48,466 nucleotides of DNA from a virus (lineage: Duplodnaviria; Caudoviricetes). The notes beneath the pieces were generated by a model. The model was not told the DNA's origin, ran no database searches, and saw only the letters and a list, made by a program, of their open reading frames with translations. The stretch's first letter is position 1. The number at the start of each line of letters is the position of its first letter. Of this stretch, positions 37,499 through 46,934 are shown one piece after another. The position numbers and the translations under genes were made by a program. The stretch lies in IMG/VR virus record IMGVR_UViG_3300020045_003608, positions 1 to 48,466 of that record, one strand, 5' to 3'.

Positions 37499-38260
37499 AT
37501 GACAAAGTTAGTAACTCTCCAATACAACGAAATTCCTGTAATCTTCCAATCTGATGATGCTTATATCAATGCTACGCAAATTGCGAAAGTATTTGGTAAA
37601 AAGCCCGAAACTTATCTAAAAACAGACCGCACTCAAGAATATATAGCTGAATTATCATATTCACTTTTTAGTGCAGTTGACGAAAAGCAATTAGTCATTG
37701 TTAAAAATGGCTCTAGTGCTAATGGTGGTGGCACATGGTTACATCCAAAGTTAGCGGTAGATTTTGCAAGATGGTTAGATACAAAATTCGCAGTATGGTG
37801 TGACAAGCAAATCGAATCTCTCCTAAAAGGTGAATCAGTTATCGTCAAAAAATCAGACTTATCTGTAATTGTCAATGAAACAGAAGCCGCGATTAAATTA
37901 GCAAATCTATTCGGCTTATCAGGTAATCAAGCATTACTATCTGCCGACAAAGCGATTACTCGACGTTTAGGCGAATCGCCAATGGCTATCATGGATATTC
38001 AAATGCTCATCTGTGAAGTACCTAAAGATACTTTCACTGTGACTAAATTAGGAGAATCTTTCGGTATCAAAGCGCGCGCGTTTAACTTACTGTTGCAAAC
38101 TCATGGTTTCCAAGAAAGTATCTTAGGTAAGTGGGAAGCGACTGAAAAAGGAAAACCTTACTCTGAAATGGTTGACGTTGACAAAGCTAACGGCGGTACT
38201 CCCGTAAAACAACTTCGTTGGTATCAAGATGTTGTTGATGCGATTCCTAATTTGAAATAA
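37499..38260 (+). CDS. KilA-N antirepressor-like protein with ANT-like C-terminus
   Basis: Start MTKLV after AAGGA; YINATQIAK.FGK, GTWLHPKLAVDFARWL; C-terminus resembles that of 18023-18799. Confidence 0.87.
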   Translation: MTKLVTLQYNEIPVIFQSDDAYINATQIAKVFGKKPETYLKTDRTQEYIAELSYSLFSAVDEKQLVIVKNGSSANGGGTWLHPKLAVDFARWLDTKFAVWCDKQIESLLKGESVIVKKSDLSVIVNETEAAIKLANLFGLSGNQALLSADKAITRRLGESPMAIMDIQMLICEVPKDTFTVTKLGESFGIKARAFNLLLQTHGFQESILGKWEATEKGKPYSEMVDVDKANGGTPVKQLRWYQDVVDAIPNLK

Positions 38261-38504
38261 ATTTAAACTTAGCTGAGATTATAAACTAATCTCAGCTTTT
38301 ACTGGAGATATACCATGACACCAATCGAGTTAAACTGTGACTTTGAATTTATCAATACTGATGAATCTTTAAAGTTTTTAGAAATTAAAAATGAAATCTT
38401 ATTGTTACTAGCTGCTGAAAATCCAATTCCACTTTGCTACATAAGCGAATATAACAAGTTGCTTGATTCTACACCTTTGCAATAAACCTAACCGAGAAAT
38501 AAAA

Positions 38505-38870
38505 ATGAACACAATGATTGAAGACTTCAAAGACTCTGAAATTGAAAGACTGAAAGCTGAATTATCACAAAAACAAACCCAAGAAATGTTTGACTTGAAA
38601 AAGATGGCTTCTAATATGGGGAGATTACTTAGTGATATGTCAAATCAATACCGTGATGTAAACTATAAATTATACCTAGCCAATAAAACTATTGACTCAT
38701 TAGTAAATGGAATTGAAACGTCGAATGGTAAGTATTATGCGCTAAAAGACGCTTCTACAATAGCAACACTAGGTTATCAAAATGAAAAGTTAGAGAAGGC
38801 GTTAGCGGTAAAAGAAGCTGAAATAAACGGGCTTCACATGATTATTGAAAGTCAGGTTTTGAATAAATAA
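38505..38870 (+). CDS. coiled-coil hypothetical protein
   Basis: Likely start MNTMIE. Confidence 0.55.
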   Translation: MNTMIEDFKDSEIERLKAELSQKQTQEMFDLKKMASNMGRLLSDMSNQYRDVNYKLYLANKTIDSLVNGIETSNGKYYALKDASTIATLGYQNEKLEKALAVKEAEINGLHMIIESQVLNK

Positions 38871-38877
38871 AACCATC

Positions 38878-38910
38878 ATCCCGCTAGACTAAACCTCTAG
38901 CGGGATTTTT
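38878..38910 (+). terminator. intrinsic terminator
   Basis: CCCGCTAGA-loop-TCTAGCGGG-ATTTTT. Confidence 0.7.
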
Positions 38911-38931
38911 AAACCTTAACTGAGAAAGATT

Positions 38932-39567
38932 ATGAAAAGAGAAGATTTAACACTTGAATACTTACACGAATGTTTTACTTATGATAAAGAAAATGGTGAG
39001 TTGTATTGGAAAGAACGTCCTAGAAGTCATTTTAGTAGTGATAGAGGGATGAAGACTGCGAATTCTTCTTGTGGTTGGAAAATTGTTGGAAGCATCCAAA
39101 AAAGTAGAGATAATGGTGACTATAAAGTAGTCAGATTAAATCGGGTTGGATTTTATATAAGTAATTTAGTATGGATGTTCGAAACTGGAGAATTGCCATC
39201 AGGGCGTATTTTCTATTCAAATAATAATGCTTTAGATACTCGATTTGAAAATTTAAAATTATCAAATAAATTTTATATTCAAAAGTCTCGTGAAGGGAGA
39301 TTTATAGCAATGGTTGACTATTGCGATAAATATATTAGTGTTGGAACATTTGAAAACAAATCATCAGCGATAACAACTTGTAAAAAAGCACTTTCTGAAA
39401 TTGAAAATGGAACATTCGTTCATAATGAAGTAGTTTCTGATGCTGGTTTCAAAGGGGTTTCATGCGTAGGCGATAAGTTTAAAGCTAGATTCAAAGGTAT
39501 TCATTTAGGACTTTTCAACACCGCCGAAGAAGCCCACGAAACCTACCTAGCTGCTAAATCCAAATAA
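38932..39567 (+). CDS. degenerate HNH-AP2 family protein
   Basis: HNH-type N-terminus (LHECFTYDKENGELYWKERP) but active-site His/Asn residues missing; two AP2-like domains. Confidence 0.7.
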   Translation: MKREDLTLEYLHECFTYDKENGELYWKERPRSHFSSDRGMKTANSSCGWKIVGSIQKSRDNGDYKVVRLNRVGFYISNLVWMFETGELPSGRIFYSNNNALDTRFENLKLSNKFYIQKSREGRFIAMVDYCDKYISVGTFENKSSAITTCKKALSEIENGTFVHNEVVSDAGFKGVSCVGDKFKARFKGIHLGLFNTAEEAHETYLAAKSK

Positions 39568-39591
39568 TCTTTACCTAATAGCACAAAACAC

Positions 39592-39620
39592 TTGACAAAT
39601 CAAATCTTTTGTGCTAACCT
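39592..39620 (+). promoter_or_regulatory. sigma70-like promoter for the capsid gene
   Basis: TTGACAAATCA...TGTGC-TAACCT, 17-bp spacer. Confidence 0.6.
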
Positions 39621-39770
39621 ACACAACATAAGACTATTTATGTAAATAGTCTTCCTATAAAAACCAAACATTATTCTGAACATGGGGGATGGATATGTTA
39701 TTTAACTTAATCAGTTATGTGACATTCATATTCCGAAGTCGCATAGCAAAACTATATGAGGCTTTAAAAC

Positions 39771-40793
39771 ATGGCAGATTTATCAAGTACAATCATTTCC
39801 GACATCGTAATTCCTACCCACTTTACTCCGTATGTACAACAACTCACTGAGCAAAAATCAGACTTAATCAAATCAGGCGCAGTTATTCGTGACCCTTTGT
39901 TAGACCAATTTTTAGCTGGCGGCGGTATCACAACTAATATCCCTTCATTCAAAGACTTAGCTAACGTTGCTGACCGTGTGTCAGATGACCAAGATACTGT
40001 CGCGGCTGCAAATAAAATCGGCTCTGCAACTGAAGTCCAAGTACGTTTATCGCGTAACCAATCTTGGGGCGCAGCGGATTTGGCAGGTGATTTGGCAGGT
40101 GAAGACCCCTTGATGGCTATTGCTAGTCGTGTAGCTGATTACCGCGCTCGAATGTTACAAGCAGCTTTCGTCGGCACTGTGAAAGGTGTATTTGCAGATA
40201 ACGCAGCAGCTCCTGATGCAACAGAACACGTTGCTAACGATATGACACTCGACGTTTCAGCAACTACTTATGCTAAAGGCGTAACAGATTTCACAACTGA
40301 ATCATTCATCGATGCAGCATTCACAATGGGCGACAGTTTCAGCTCATTGAAAACTCTTTTCGTACACAGTATTGTGTTCGCAGGTATGCGTAAGAACGAT
40401 TTAATTAGCTTTGTACCTGATTCTACCGGTACGTTGCAAATGCCTTATTTCCAAGACTTGCGCGTAATCGTTGATGATTCTATGCCGTACAACTCTACTA
40501 CGAAAGTAGCTGAATCATGGATTTTTGGTGACGGCGCAGTACGTTTAGGTTTCGGTAATCCAAAAACACCAACTGAAGTATATCGTGACCCACGCAGCGG
40601 TAACGGTGGTGGTGCAGAAGAATTGTTCTCACGTTGGGAATGGTCAATTGCCCCATCTGGTATTGCTTATGTTGGTACTGCTTCAAAAGGGGGTCCATCA
40701 AATGCAACTTTGGCGACTGCTACAAGTTGGAAACGTGTATTCAGTGAACGTAAACAAATTAAAATTGCACGTTTAATTACTCGTCAAGCGTAA
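39771..40793 (+). CDS. major capsid protein
   Basis: ISDIVIP..FTPYV, KSGAV, IPSFKDL, DLAGEDP..AIA, VHSIV, VIVDDSMP, WKRV..RKQI. Confidence 0.9.
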   Translation: MADLSSTIISDIVIPTHFTPYVQQLTEQKSDLIKSGAVIRDPLLDQFLAGGGITTNIPSFKDLANVADRVSDDQDTVAAANKIGSATEVQVRLSRNQSWGAADLAGDLAGEDPLMAIASRVADYRARMLQAAFVGTVKGVFADNAAAPDATEHVANDMTLDVSATTYAKGVTDFTTESFIDAAFTMGDSFSSLKTLFVHSIVFAGMRKNDLISFVPDSTGTLQMPYFQDLRVIVDDSMPYNSTTKVAESWIFGDGAVRLGFGNPKTPTEVYRDPRSGNGGGAEELFSRWEWSIAPSGIAYVGTASKGGPSNATLATATSWKRVFSERKQIKIARLITRQA

Positions 40794-40893
40794 TAAATAT
40801 AGGGTGGATTTATCGGACAAGGATGTCCGTTTGGTTAGTACGGACAACTCGATATTTTCACCCGCTTTTTAATTAACCATTTTAAGGAAAACA

Positions 40894-41430
40894 ATGTTAG
40901 ATAAACTTAAACTATTAGACCCATTAGACGATAAGTCATGGACAGCCGATGGTTTACCGGCTATTTCAGCAGTAAAAACAATCATGTCAGATGAAACAAT
41001 CACTCGTGCTGATATTAACAAAGTTGCATTCGGCTTAACTCGTGATAATGTGACTACTTGGCAATCTCCTGTAGCCGCTGTTGTAGAAGTTGCTGTAGTG
41101 GCTACTGCCGCAGTAGTAATCACCCCAACGGAAGATGACTTAGAACCACAACGAGCGGCTATTCAAGCTCTACGCGATAAATCTTCAAGATTACAAGGTG
41201 AAATTAACGCTGCAACATTAGCGTTACATGAAACGGACGCTAAATTAAAAGCGTTAGAAGCGAAGTTACCTGAGAATTCAGACCCGAATCATCATGCTAA
41301 TGCGTATGCTGAATATATGCAATCAGTACAAGCTCACAAATTAGCATTAGCTGAGCAAGGTTTGTTAAGACCTGCGCCAATCGACTTAGCTAGACGTAGA
41401 CACGACTCAGATGGTCGGAGATTCAGATAA
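40894..41430 (+). CDS. head-region hypothetical protein
   Basis: LDP.DDKSWTADGLP..ITRADI N-terminus and coiled coil, directly after the capsid gene. Confidence 0.65.
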   Translation: MLDKLKLLDPLDDKSWTADGLPAISAVKTIMSDETITRADINKVAFGLTRDNVTTWQSPVAAVVEVAVVATAAVVITPTEDDLEPQRAAIQALRDKSSRLQGEINAATLALHETDAKLKALEAKLPENSDPNHHANAYAEYMQSVQAHKLALAEQGLLRPAPIDLARRRHDSDGRRFR

Positions 41431-41765
41431 TGCAAGTAGGGTATGTTTTTCAACCGTTAGATACGTTGATTGAAGGTAGCACCTCATCATACCGGCAAAC
41501 AAAAACACTCGCTGTGACAGTTCCTACGCGCTCAGGTGGTATTTATTGTCCTGCACTAAGCACTGTGAATATCAATATCGTCGGTACCGCATCTGTTTCG
41601 ATTATTACTAATCCATTTGGCGTATCCGCAATGGACACTGTGTTGTCCACAATCACCGCATCAGGTACTTATGCTGTAGCTACCGCAGCGATTATTGTGA
41701 TTGATGTGACGGCTGTTACAGGTACTGTTTCGGCATTAGTTGTACATAATGGTGAAGTAGAATAA
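41430..41765 (+). CDS. putative virion protein
   Basis: T/S/V-rich, beta-like 111 aa. Confidence 0.55.
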   Translation: MQVGYVFQPLDTLIEGSTSSYRQTKTLAVTVPTRSGGIYCPALSTVNINIVGTASVSIITNPFGVSAMDTVLSTITASGTYAVATAAIIVIDVTAVTGTVSALVVHNGEVE

Positions 41766-41928
41766 TCATGCGAAGGTTGAATCGAAAATTCCCACCACCG
41801 AAGATTAGATGATCAAAAATAGCAAACCTAGTCCATAAAACTAGGTTTTATTTTGCTTGACTTTACAACCTATATATGCTACCATTTAGTTAATAACACA
41901 TCTAGTTTTAAATTGCAAGGAAAAAATA

Positions 41929-42078
41929 ATGCCGTTAATTAAAGGATATAGTCGCAAATCTATCAGCAAGAATATTTCAACTGAAATGAAAGCTCACCCA
42001 AAAATGACACAACGCCAAGCAATTGCCATCAGCCTATCTGTAGCTAAGAAAGCAAAAGCTAAGAAAAAAGGCAAATAG
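41929..42078 (+). CDS. small basic protein (49 aa, not in ORF track)
   Basis: MPLIKGYSRKSISKNISTEMKAHPKMTQRQAIAISLSVAKKAKAKKKGK; AAGGA RBS, promoter at 41857-41885. Confidence 0.75.
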   Translation: MPLIKGYSRKSISKNISTEMKAHPKMTQRQAIAISLSVAKKAKAKKKGK

Positions 42079-42079
42079 C

Positions 42080-42451
42080 ATGTTTATTTCAGATTTAGTA
42101 GTTAAAGAATTATTAGATGGTAAAAAGCAACTAATTAAACCTTTAGTTTATATCAGCTCACGCGACATTACTTACATTGCGAAAGTAGGTTTTATCACAG
42201 ATTACGCAAGTATACCTAGATTGCCAATTGTATTTTTATTATTTGCAGAATTAGACAATCGAGCAGCTACATTACATGATTCATTATACTCCAACGGTAG
42301 AATTTCTCGTAAATTGGCGGATGGTTTATTCTTAGAAGCTCTATTAACAGATGACGTAACGCCGATGTGGAAAGCTAAATTAGCTTATTATGCAGTAAGA
42401 CTGTGTGGCAAGAAAGTGCGATTTGATGCTTATGGTATTACAAATGAATAA
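42080..42451 (+). CDS. DUF1353 family protein
   Basis: GFITDYASIPR, AATLHDSLY, RKLADGLFLEAL, YYAVR. Confidence 0.85.
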   Translation: MFISDLVVKELLDGKKQLIKPLVYISSRDITYIAKVGFITDYASIPRLPIVFLLFAELDNRAATLHDSLYSNGRISRKLADGLFLEALLTDDVTPMWKAKLAYYAVRLCGKKVRFDAYGITNE

Positions 42452-42501
42452 TTTTAAAATGGCTATTAAATCAGAATTAACTAGAAAAGGAAATTATCTA
42501 A

Positions 42502-42906
42502 ATGGCTAAAAATACACAATTATCATTAACCGTAATTAACTCACAAGCATCTGATATTGCGGCTAGATGTAATAACGCAATCATTAGTCTATATGACGGT
42601 ACGCAACCAATTACGGCAGACACTGCGATTGTGGCACAAGTTAAGGGTGTTGACTTAACTATGTCAGCAACGGCGTTTGGTAATCCAGTAAACGGAGTTG
42701 TCACAGCCAATACAATTACATCAGGTGTTGCGGTAGCAGGTATTACACCAACATGGGCAAGAATTTCAGCTAATGGAATTACTATTATGGATGTCTCAGT
42801 AGGAACCACCAATAGTAACATTATTCAAGCCGCTTTTGTTTTAGGTGATACCGTTACAATTACCAGTTTTACTCACACTGTATTGCTATCAGTAAGCGGA
42901 TTATAA
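42502..42906 (+). CDS. putative virion structural protein
   Basis: LYDGTQP..AD...TWARI...MDVSVGT pattern. Confidence 0.65.
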   Translation: MAKNTQLSLTVINSQASDIAARCNNAIISLYDGTQPITADTAIVAQVKGVDLTMSATAFGNPVNGVVTANTITSGVAVAGITPTWARISANGITIMDVSVGTTNSNIIQAAFVLGDTVTITSFTHTVLLSVSGL

Positions 42907-42907
42907 G

Positions 42908-43249
42908 ATGGATAGCTCACAGGGTCAATCATCAAGCGGTACAGGTAATGTAATTACAGAATTTGCAGATAATGCTGCTTATACTGTGACAACTAATACG
43001 ACGTTGAAAATTGATAAAGATTGGGTTACTGATGTGACGTTTGACTTCTCAAGTCAGTTCACTACTGTGATTAGTCATACGGTACTCACAGCGTCAAATG
43101 CTATTTTGTTAGGAAGTAAATTATCTGTGAATAAGGTAGTTACTAGAGTTACTGGCAATAGCACAAAGCAAAACGTAATTATCAATTGTAAAGTCACTTC
43201 ATCATTAGGTGAAGTCCGCGACATTGATTTATCATTGCAGTTTATTTAA
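42908..43249 (+). CDS. putative virion/adaptor protein
   Basis: 113 aa in the head-tail cluster. Confidence 0.5.
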   Translation: MDSSQGQSSSGTGNVITEFADNAAYTVTTNTTLKIDKDWVTDVTFDFSSQFTTVISHTVLTASNAILLGSKLSVNKVVTRVTGNSTKQNVIINCKVTSSLGEVRDIDLSLQFI

Positions 43250-43251
43250 TT

Positions 43252-43758
43252 ATGGCATTTACACCTGAAGATGGTACTGGATTATCTACCGCTAATGCAA
43301 ACACAACTGTTGAATATGCAGATGCTTATTTTGCTGAAAGAAACGTCACATTATGGTCAGATTTATTTTTATCTGCGAAACAAGCTGCTTTAATTAAGGG
43401 TACCGATTACATTGAAATGCGTTGGTCAAGTAAATTTAAAGATAACGAATTATTCCCAGACATTCAAGCATTGTCATTTCCTCGTAATGGTAAAGTTGCG
43501 ATACCGGTTAATGTGTTAAAAGCCACTTGTGAATACGCATTACGCGCCGCTACTGGTGAATTGACTACTGATATTGTAAATACTAACCCTGTGAATTTAA
43601 GAGTATTAAAACGCATCGAGGGTGCTATCACTACTGAAACCGAAACGAGTTATCCATCGAATTATCAAGGGCAATCACAATATCCTAAGATTCCAGCAGC
43701 AGACGGATTGATATTACCACTGTTAAGAAACTCCCAAGGAGGTCTGATTCGCACATGA
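43252..43758 (+). CDS. head-tail adaptor (DnaT-like family)
   Basis: EDGTGL..AN....ADAYF..R, ALIKGTDYIE, QALSFPR, IP..V.KATCE.AL. Confidence 0.82.
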   Translation: MAFTPEDGTGLSTANANTTVEYADAYFAERNVTLWSDLFLSAKQAALIKGTDYIEMRWSSKFKDNELFPDIQALSFPRNGKVAIPVNVLKATCEYALRAATGELTTDIVNTNPVNLRVLKRIEGAITTETETSYPSNYQGQSQYPKIPAADGLILPLLRNSQGGLIRT

Positions 43759-44120
43759 TGAATTATCAAGAATTACTTATTTCAGTAGATGAAATTATTA
43801 AAGAATTCGGTCAACCTGTAGTTATTACGAACGGTACGTCTACAATGTATAACCCTGATACAGGGTTGGTGACTACCACTGTGAATACAATACAAGCTAA
43901 TGGTGTAACAGTCAATTACAATTTAAACGCGATTGACGGTACCATGATTCAACAAGGTGATGTTAAGTTGATATTGTCGCCAATTGGCATCACAGACATC
44001 ACTACAGCGCAGTCAGCAACCGTACAAGGTAAAGAATATACAATCGTACCGCCAATTAAAACAAATAGCCCTGCTGGGATTCCTGTTAGCTATGAAGTGA
44101 ATCTTAGAGGCGTGCAATGA
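43755..44120 (+). CDS. head closure protein
   Basis: IIKEFGQ.V, YNPDTG, IDGTMIQQGDVK, PAG..V.Y...LRG. Confidence 0.75.
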   Translation: MMNYQELLISVDEIIKEFGQPVVITNGTSTMYNPDTGLVTTTVNTIQANGVTVNYNLNAIDGTMIQQGDVKLILSPIGITDITTAQSATVQGKEYTIVPPIKTNSPAGIPVSYEVNLRGVQ

Positions 44121-44632
44121 GCAGTTTAAGCATTTCAGCCACAGTAGATGCGATGCTCGCTAAGGCGAAAGGTAATATGTCGTCTGTTGTTAAGAAAGCT
44201 CTTGAGTACCAATTAGAGGAAATTATTGATAGGTCTCCAGTAGGTGATCCTAGTTTATGGAAATATAAACCTAAAGAAGGTACTTATTTTAAAGGACATT
44301 TCAAACGTAATTGGCAAATTGGTGTTAATAATAAGCCGACAGGTGAGCTAGAAGGTGAAGATATTTCAGGTGACCAAGTGTTTAGTGAATGTGTCGATAC
44401 TGTGAAGTCAAGCGACCCTTTGACAACTAAGACTTATCACATTGTGAACAATACACCTTACGCATTTGCAGTTGAGACGGGTGTTCATCCATTGAAACCG
44501 GAAGATCGTGATACTTGGGTGATTAACGGTAACAAGCGACCTGACCCAGAAAGACCTTATGGTGTACTATCGTTATCATTGCAAAACTGGGATAAACATT
44601 TGCATAAGGCGTTTAAGGATGGGTGGAAGTGA
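44117..44632 (+). CDS. tail completion protein (HK97 gp10-like)
   Basis: RSPVG...GHFKRNWQIG, NNTPYA..VE.G. Confidence 0.75.
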   Translation: MSSLSISATVDAMLAKAKGNMSSVVKKALEYQLEEIIDRSPVGDPSLWKYKPKEGTYFKGHFKRNWQIGVNNKPTGELEGEDISGDQVFSECVDTVKSSDPLTTKTYHIVNNTPYAFAVETGVHPLKPEDRDTWVINGNKRPDPERPYGVLSLSLQNWDKHLHKAFKDGWK

Positions 44633-45036
44633 GTATAGTAAAAATACGCCAAGCATTAGAAACAGGATTATCAACTATCACTCCCGTGATACCTACGGCG
44701 TATGAAAACGTATCGTATACGCCAGTCACAAATGTACCATATCAATCAGTATTTGTGCTATTTAATTCACCCGATAACCCAACATTAGGCGATGGGTTTT
44801 ATCGTGAGAAGGGTTATATGCAAATATCGCTCAAATATCCATTAGGCATCGGATCACAAACCTGTGCAACTCGTGCTGAGTTAGTGCGACAAAAATTTAA
44901 ACGTGGGGCAACCTTTACGAAAGACGGTATTACAGTAATGGTCGAGAAATCACCTAGTGTGAGTTTTGTGACTGAGATTGACCGTTATACAGCGGTTGTA
45001 AAAATATATTTTTATAGTAACATTTTTAACACTTAA
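44629..45036 (+). CDS. tail terminator (DUF4128-like)
   Basis: IRQALE, AYENV.Y.P, G.MQI...YP.G.G, FKRG; likely GTG start at 44629. Confidence 0.75.
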   Translation: MSIVKIRQALETGLSTITPVIPTAYENVSYTPVTNVPYQSVFVLFNSPDNPTLGDGFYREKGYMQISLKYPLGIGSQTCATRAELVRQKFKRGATFTKDGITVMVEKSPSVSFVTEIDRYTAVVKIYFYSNIFNT

Positions 45037-45053
45037 ATTTAAGGAAACAAATT

Positions 45054-46886
45054 ATGGCAATTGCAAGTAATATTTTTAAACAGTTGATTTATGTACCTGA
45101 GGGTGCAACAATTGGTAAAATTGACGCTAACCCAACACCATCAAACCCAACATTTACAGGTAACATGACTGTTGGTACTGCCACATTGGTAGGTGACGAT
45201 GAGGTTTCGGCTTCTGCAACAATAACTGTTACAGGTTCATATCTAAAAGGTACTAAAATCACCTTTGCTGGAGATTTGACTGAGTATTTCTTAGCTGCAA
45301 ATACAGCAACTATCGCAACTGGTACACCTACAACTTTTACATTATTGTTGGACAAACCTGTAACGAAAGCGATTACAGCAACAACAGTGATTACTATTAC
45401 CGCAGCATCGCCGAATAATGCAAATCAACCAAGAGCCTTGCGTCGAGTTTCATCAAACTTAGCTCCAAAAGTAGAGTCTTATTCATCAAATGAAATACGT
45501 CAGGATCAGCAGACATCAGATTATCGTTTAGGATCTCAAACAGTAGACGGTACCCTAGCTTGTGAGATGTCATCACGCACTTATGAGGATTTTTTCGCCG
45601 CTTTATTAAGAAAAGATTTTTACTCTCCTGTAATTCAAACTTTTACCGCCGTATCAACAAAAGCTCCGACAATTACATTAGGTACTTTGTCTGGAACTAC
45701 AGTAACTATGCCTTCTGGTTTAGCAAACGTGGTATCTAGTGATTTGACAAGTGCAAATATCGCAGCGTTGAAATTTGATGTTGTCGATGCAGGCTCTGTA
45801 GCACTGGGAGTTGATGCCGGTAGTGCGACCGGTCAATTGTTTGCTAGTTTACGAGTGGGTGATGTTATTCTAATTAACCCTGCTGCAACAACAGCGTCTC
45901 ATGTCAGTATTGCTGTTGACGGAGCTGCTTCGGCTGCTACTGTTGCCACATGGGAAAAAGTACCATTTTTAATTCTTGATAAAGACATTACTAATTACCA
46001 AATTACAATTGTTGCGGCAATCAATCCTTCACAGGTAGCATTTACCATAGTTGGTGCAGGTAGCACGACAGTTAATATGGGAGCGAGCTTAAAAATTCAA
46101 GTCTTAGGAAGAAAATCATTCATACCATTAACAGGTCATGTAAATAAATCATTCCAATTTGAGCATTACTACGATGATATTTCACCATCATCAGGTACAC
46201 CTATTGCAGAATTATTTACAGGTTGCCGTATCACACAAGGGGCAATTAAGTTACCTACATCTGGTATTACAACCTGCGATTTTAGTGTGATGGGTATTGG
46301 TGCAAAAACACCCGCTGATTCTCATTTAGCATGGGACACTGGATTACCGATTTCATCATGGACTTCTAAAAAACCAATGATGTATACATTATCTGGTTCA
46401 GAAGCTGTTAAAACTAGCGGTATTGATTCTGTATATTCGTCTGCGGTAGGTAACATTTATTTTAGAGATAAGAAAACTGGTTACACCATTTACAAAGCTG
46501 ATGCCATCACGTCGTTTGACATGACAATTCAGGGCAATGGTGCCTCCTTGAAGGTGGTTGGTTCGACAACTTCACCTGACGTTACTCTAGGAAAAATCGG
46601 AGTTAGCGGCGGACTTTCTTTCTACTTTAAGGATAATACTGTTTATAATTCATTTAAAAATGGTGATGAATTATCTTTAATTTCACTTTTCTCTGAGTCA
46701 AGTTCAAATAGTGTTAATTCAGCATTTATGAATTTCTCAATGCCTCGTGTTAAATTAGGTAGCGCGTCTAAAGATGACGCTCAATCTATTGTATTAACAA
46801 CACAATACCAAGCATTAGTATCTGATGGTACCAATGGGTTTGAAGCTACCACAATCGTTATGCAAGATTATGCGCAGTTAGCATAA
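45054..46886 (+). CDS. major tail tube protein with inserted domains
   Basis: LRRVSSNL....Y.SNEIRQD.Q..D.RLG...VDG, F..EHYY.D, FTGCRI, MPRVKL; 610 aa with T/A/S-rich inserts. Confidence 0.8.
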   Translation: MAIASNIFKQLIYVPEGATIGKIDANPTPSNPTFTGNMTVGTATLVGDDEVSASATITVTGSYLKGTKITFAGDLTEYFLAANTATIATGTPTTFTLLLDKPVTKAITATTVITITAASPNNANQPRALRRVSSNLAPKVESYSSNEIRQDQQTSDYRLGSQTVDGTLACEMSSRTYEDFFAALLRKDFYSPVIQTFTAVSTKAPTITLGTLSGTTVTMPSGLANVVSSDLTSANIAALKFDVVDAGSVALGVDAGSATGQLFASLRVGDVILINPAATTASHVSIAVDGAASAATVATWEKVPFLILDKDITNYQITIVAAINPSQVAFTIVGAGSTTVNMGASLKIQVLGRKSFIPLTGHVNKSFQFEHYYDDISPSSGTPIAELFTGCRITQGAIKLPTSGITTCDFSVMGIGAKTPADSHLAWDTGLPISSWTSKKPMMYTLSGSEAVKTSGIDSVYSSAVGNIYFRDKKTGYTIYKADAITSFDMTIQGNGASLKVVGSTTSPDVTLGKIGVSGGLSFYFKDNTVYNSFKNGDELSLISLFSESSSNSVNSAFMNFSMPRVKLGSASKDDAQSIVLTTQYQALVSDGTNGFEATTIVMQDYAQLA

Positions 46887-46908
46887 CCTCGCGTTAGATT
46901 TACTACAC

Positions 46909-46934
46909 AAAGCCTCGTTTATTCGGGGCTTTGT
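46909..46934. terminator. bidirectional terminator between convergent genes
   Basis: AAAGCCTCG-TTTATT-CGGGGCTTT. Confidence 0.6.

Noticed and set aside
39621-39770. Capsid gene leader as an eleventh RNA switch
   Set aside because: Hairpins are present (AGACTATTTA/TAAATAGTCT; TATGTGAC/GTCGCATA), but loop-loop complementarity is imperfect and neither RBS occlusion nor a terminator is evident.
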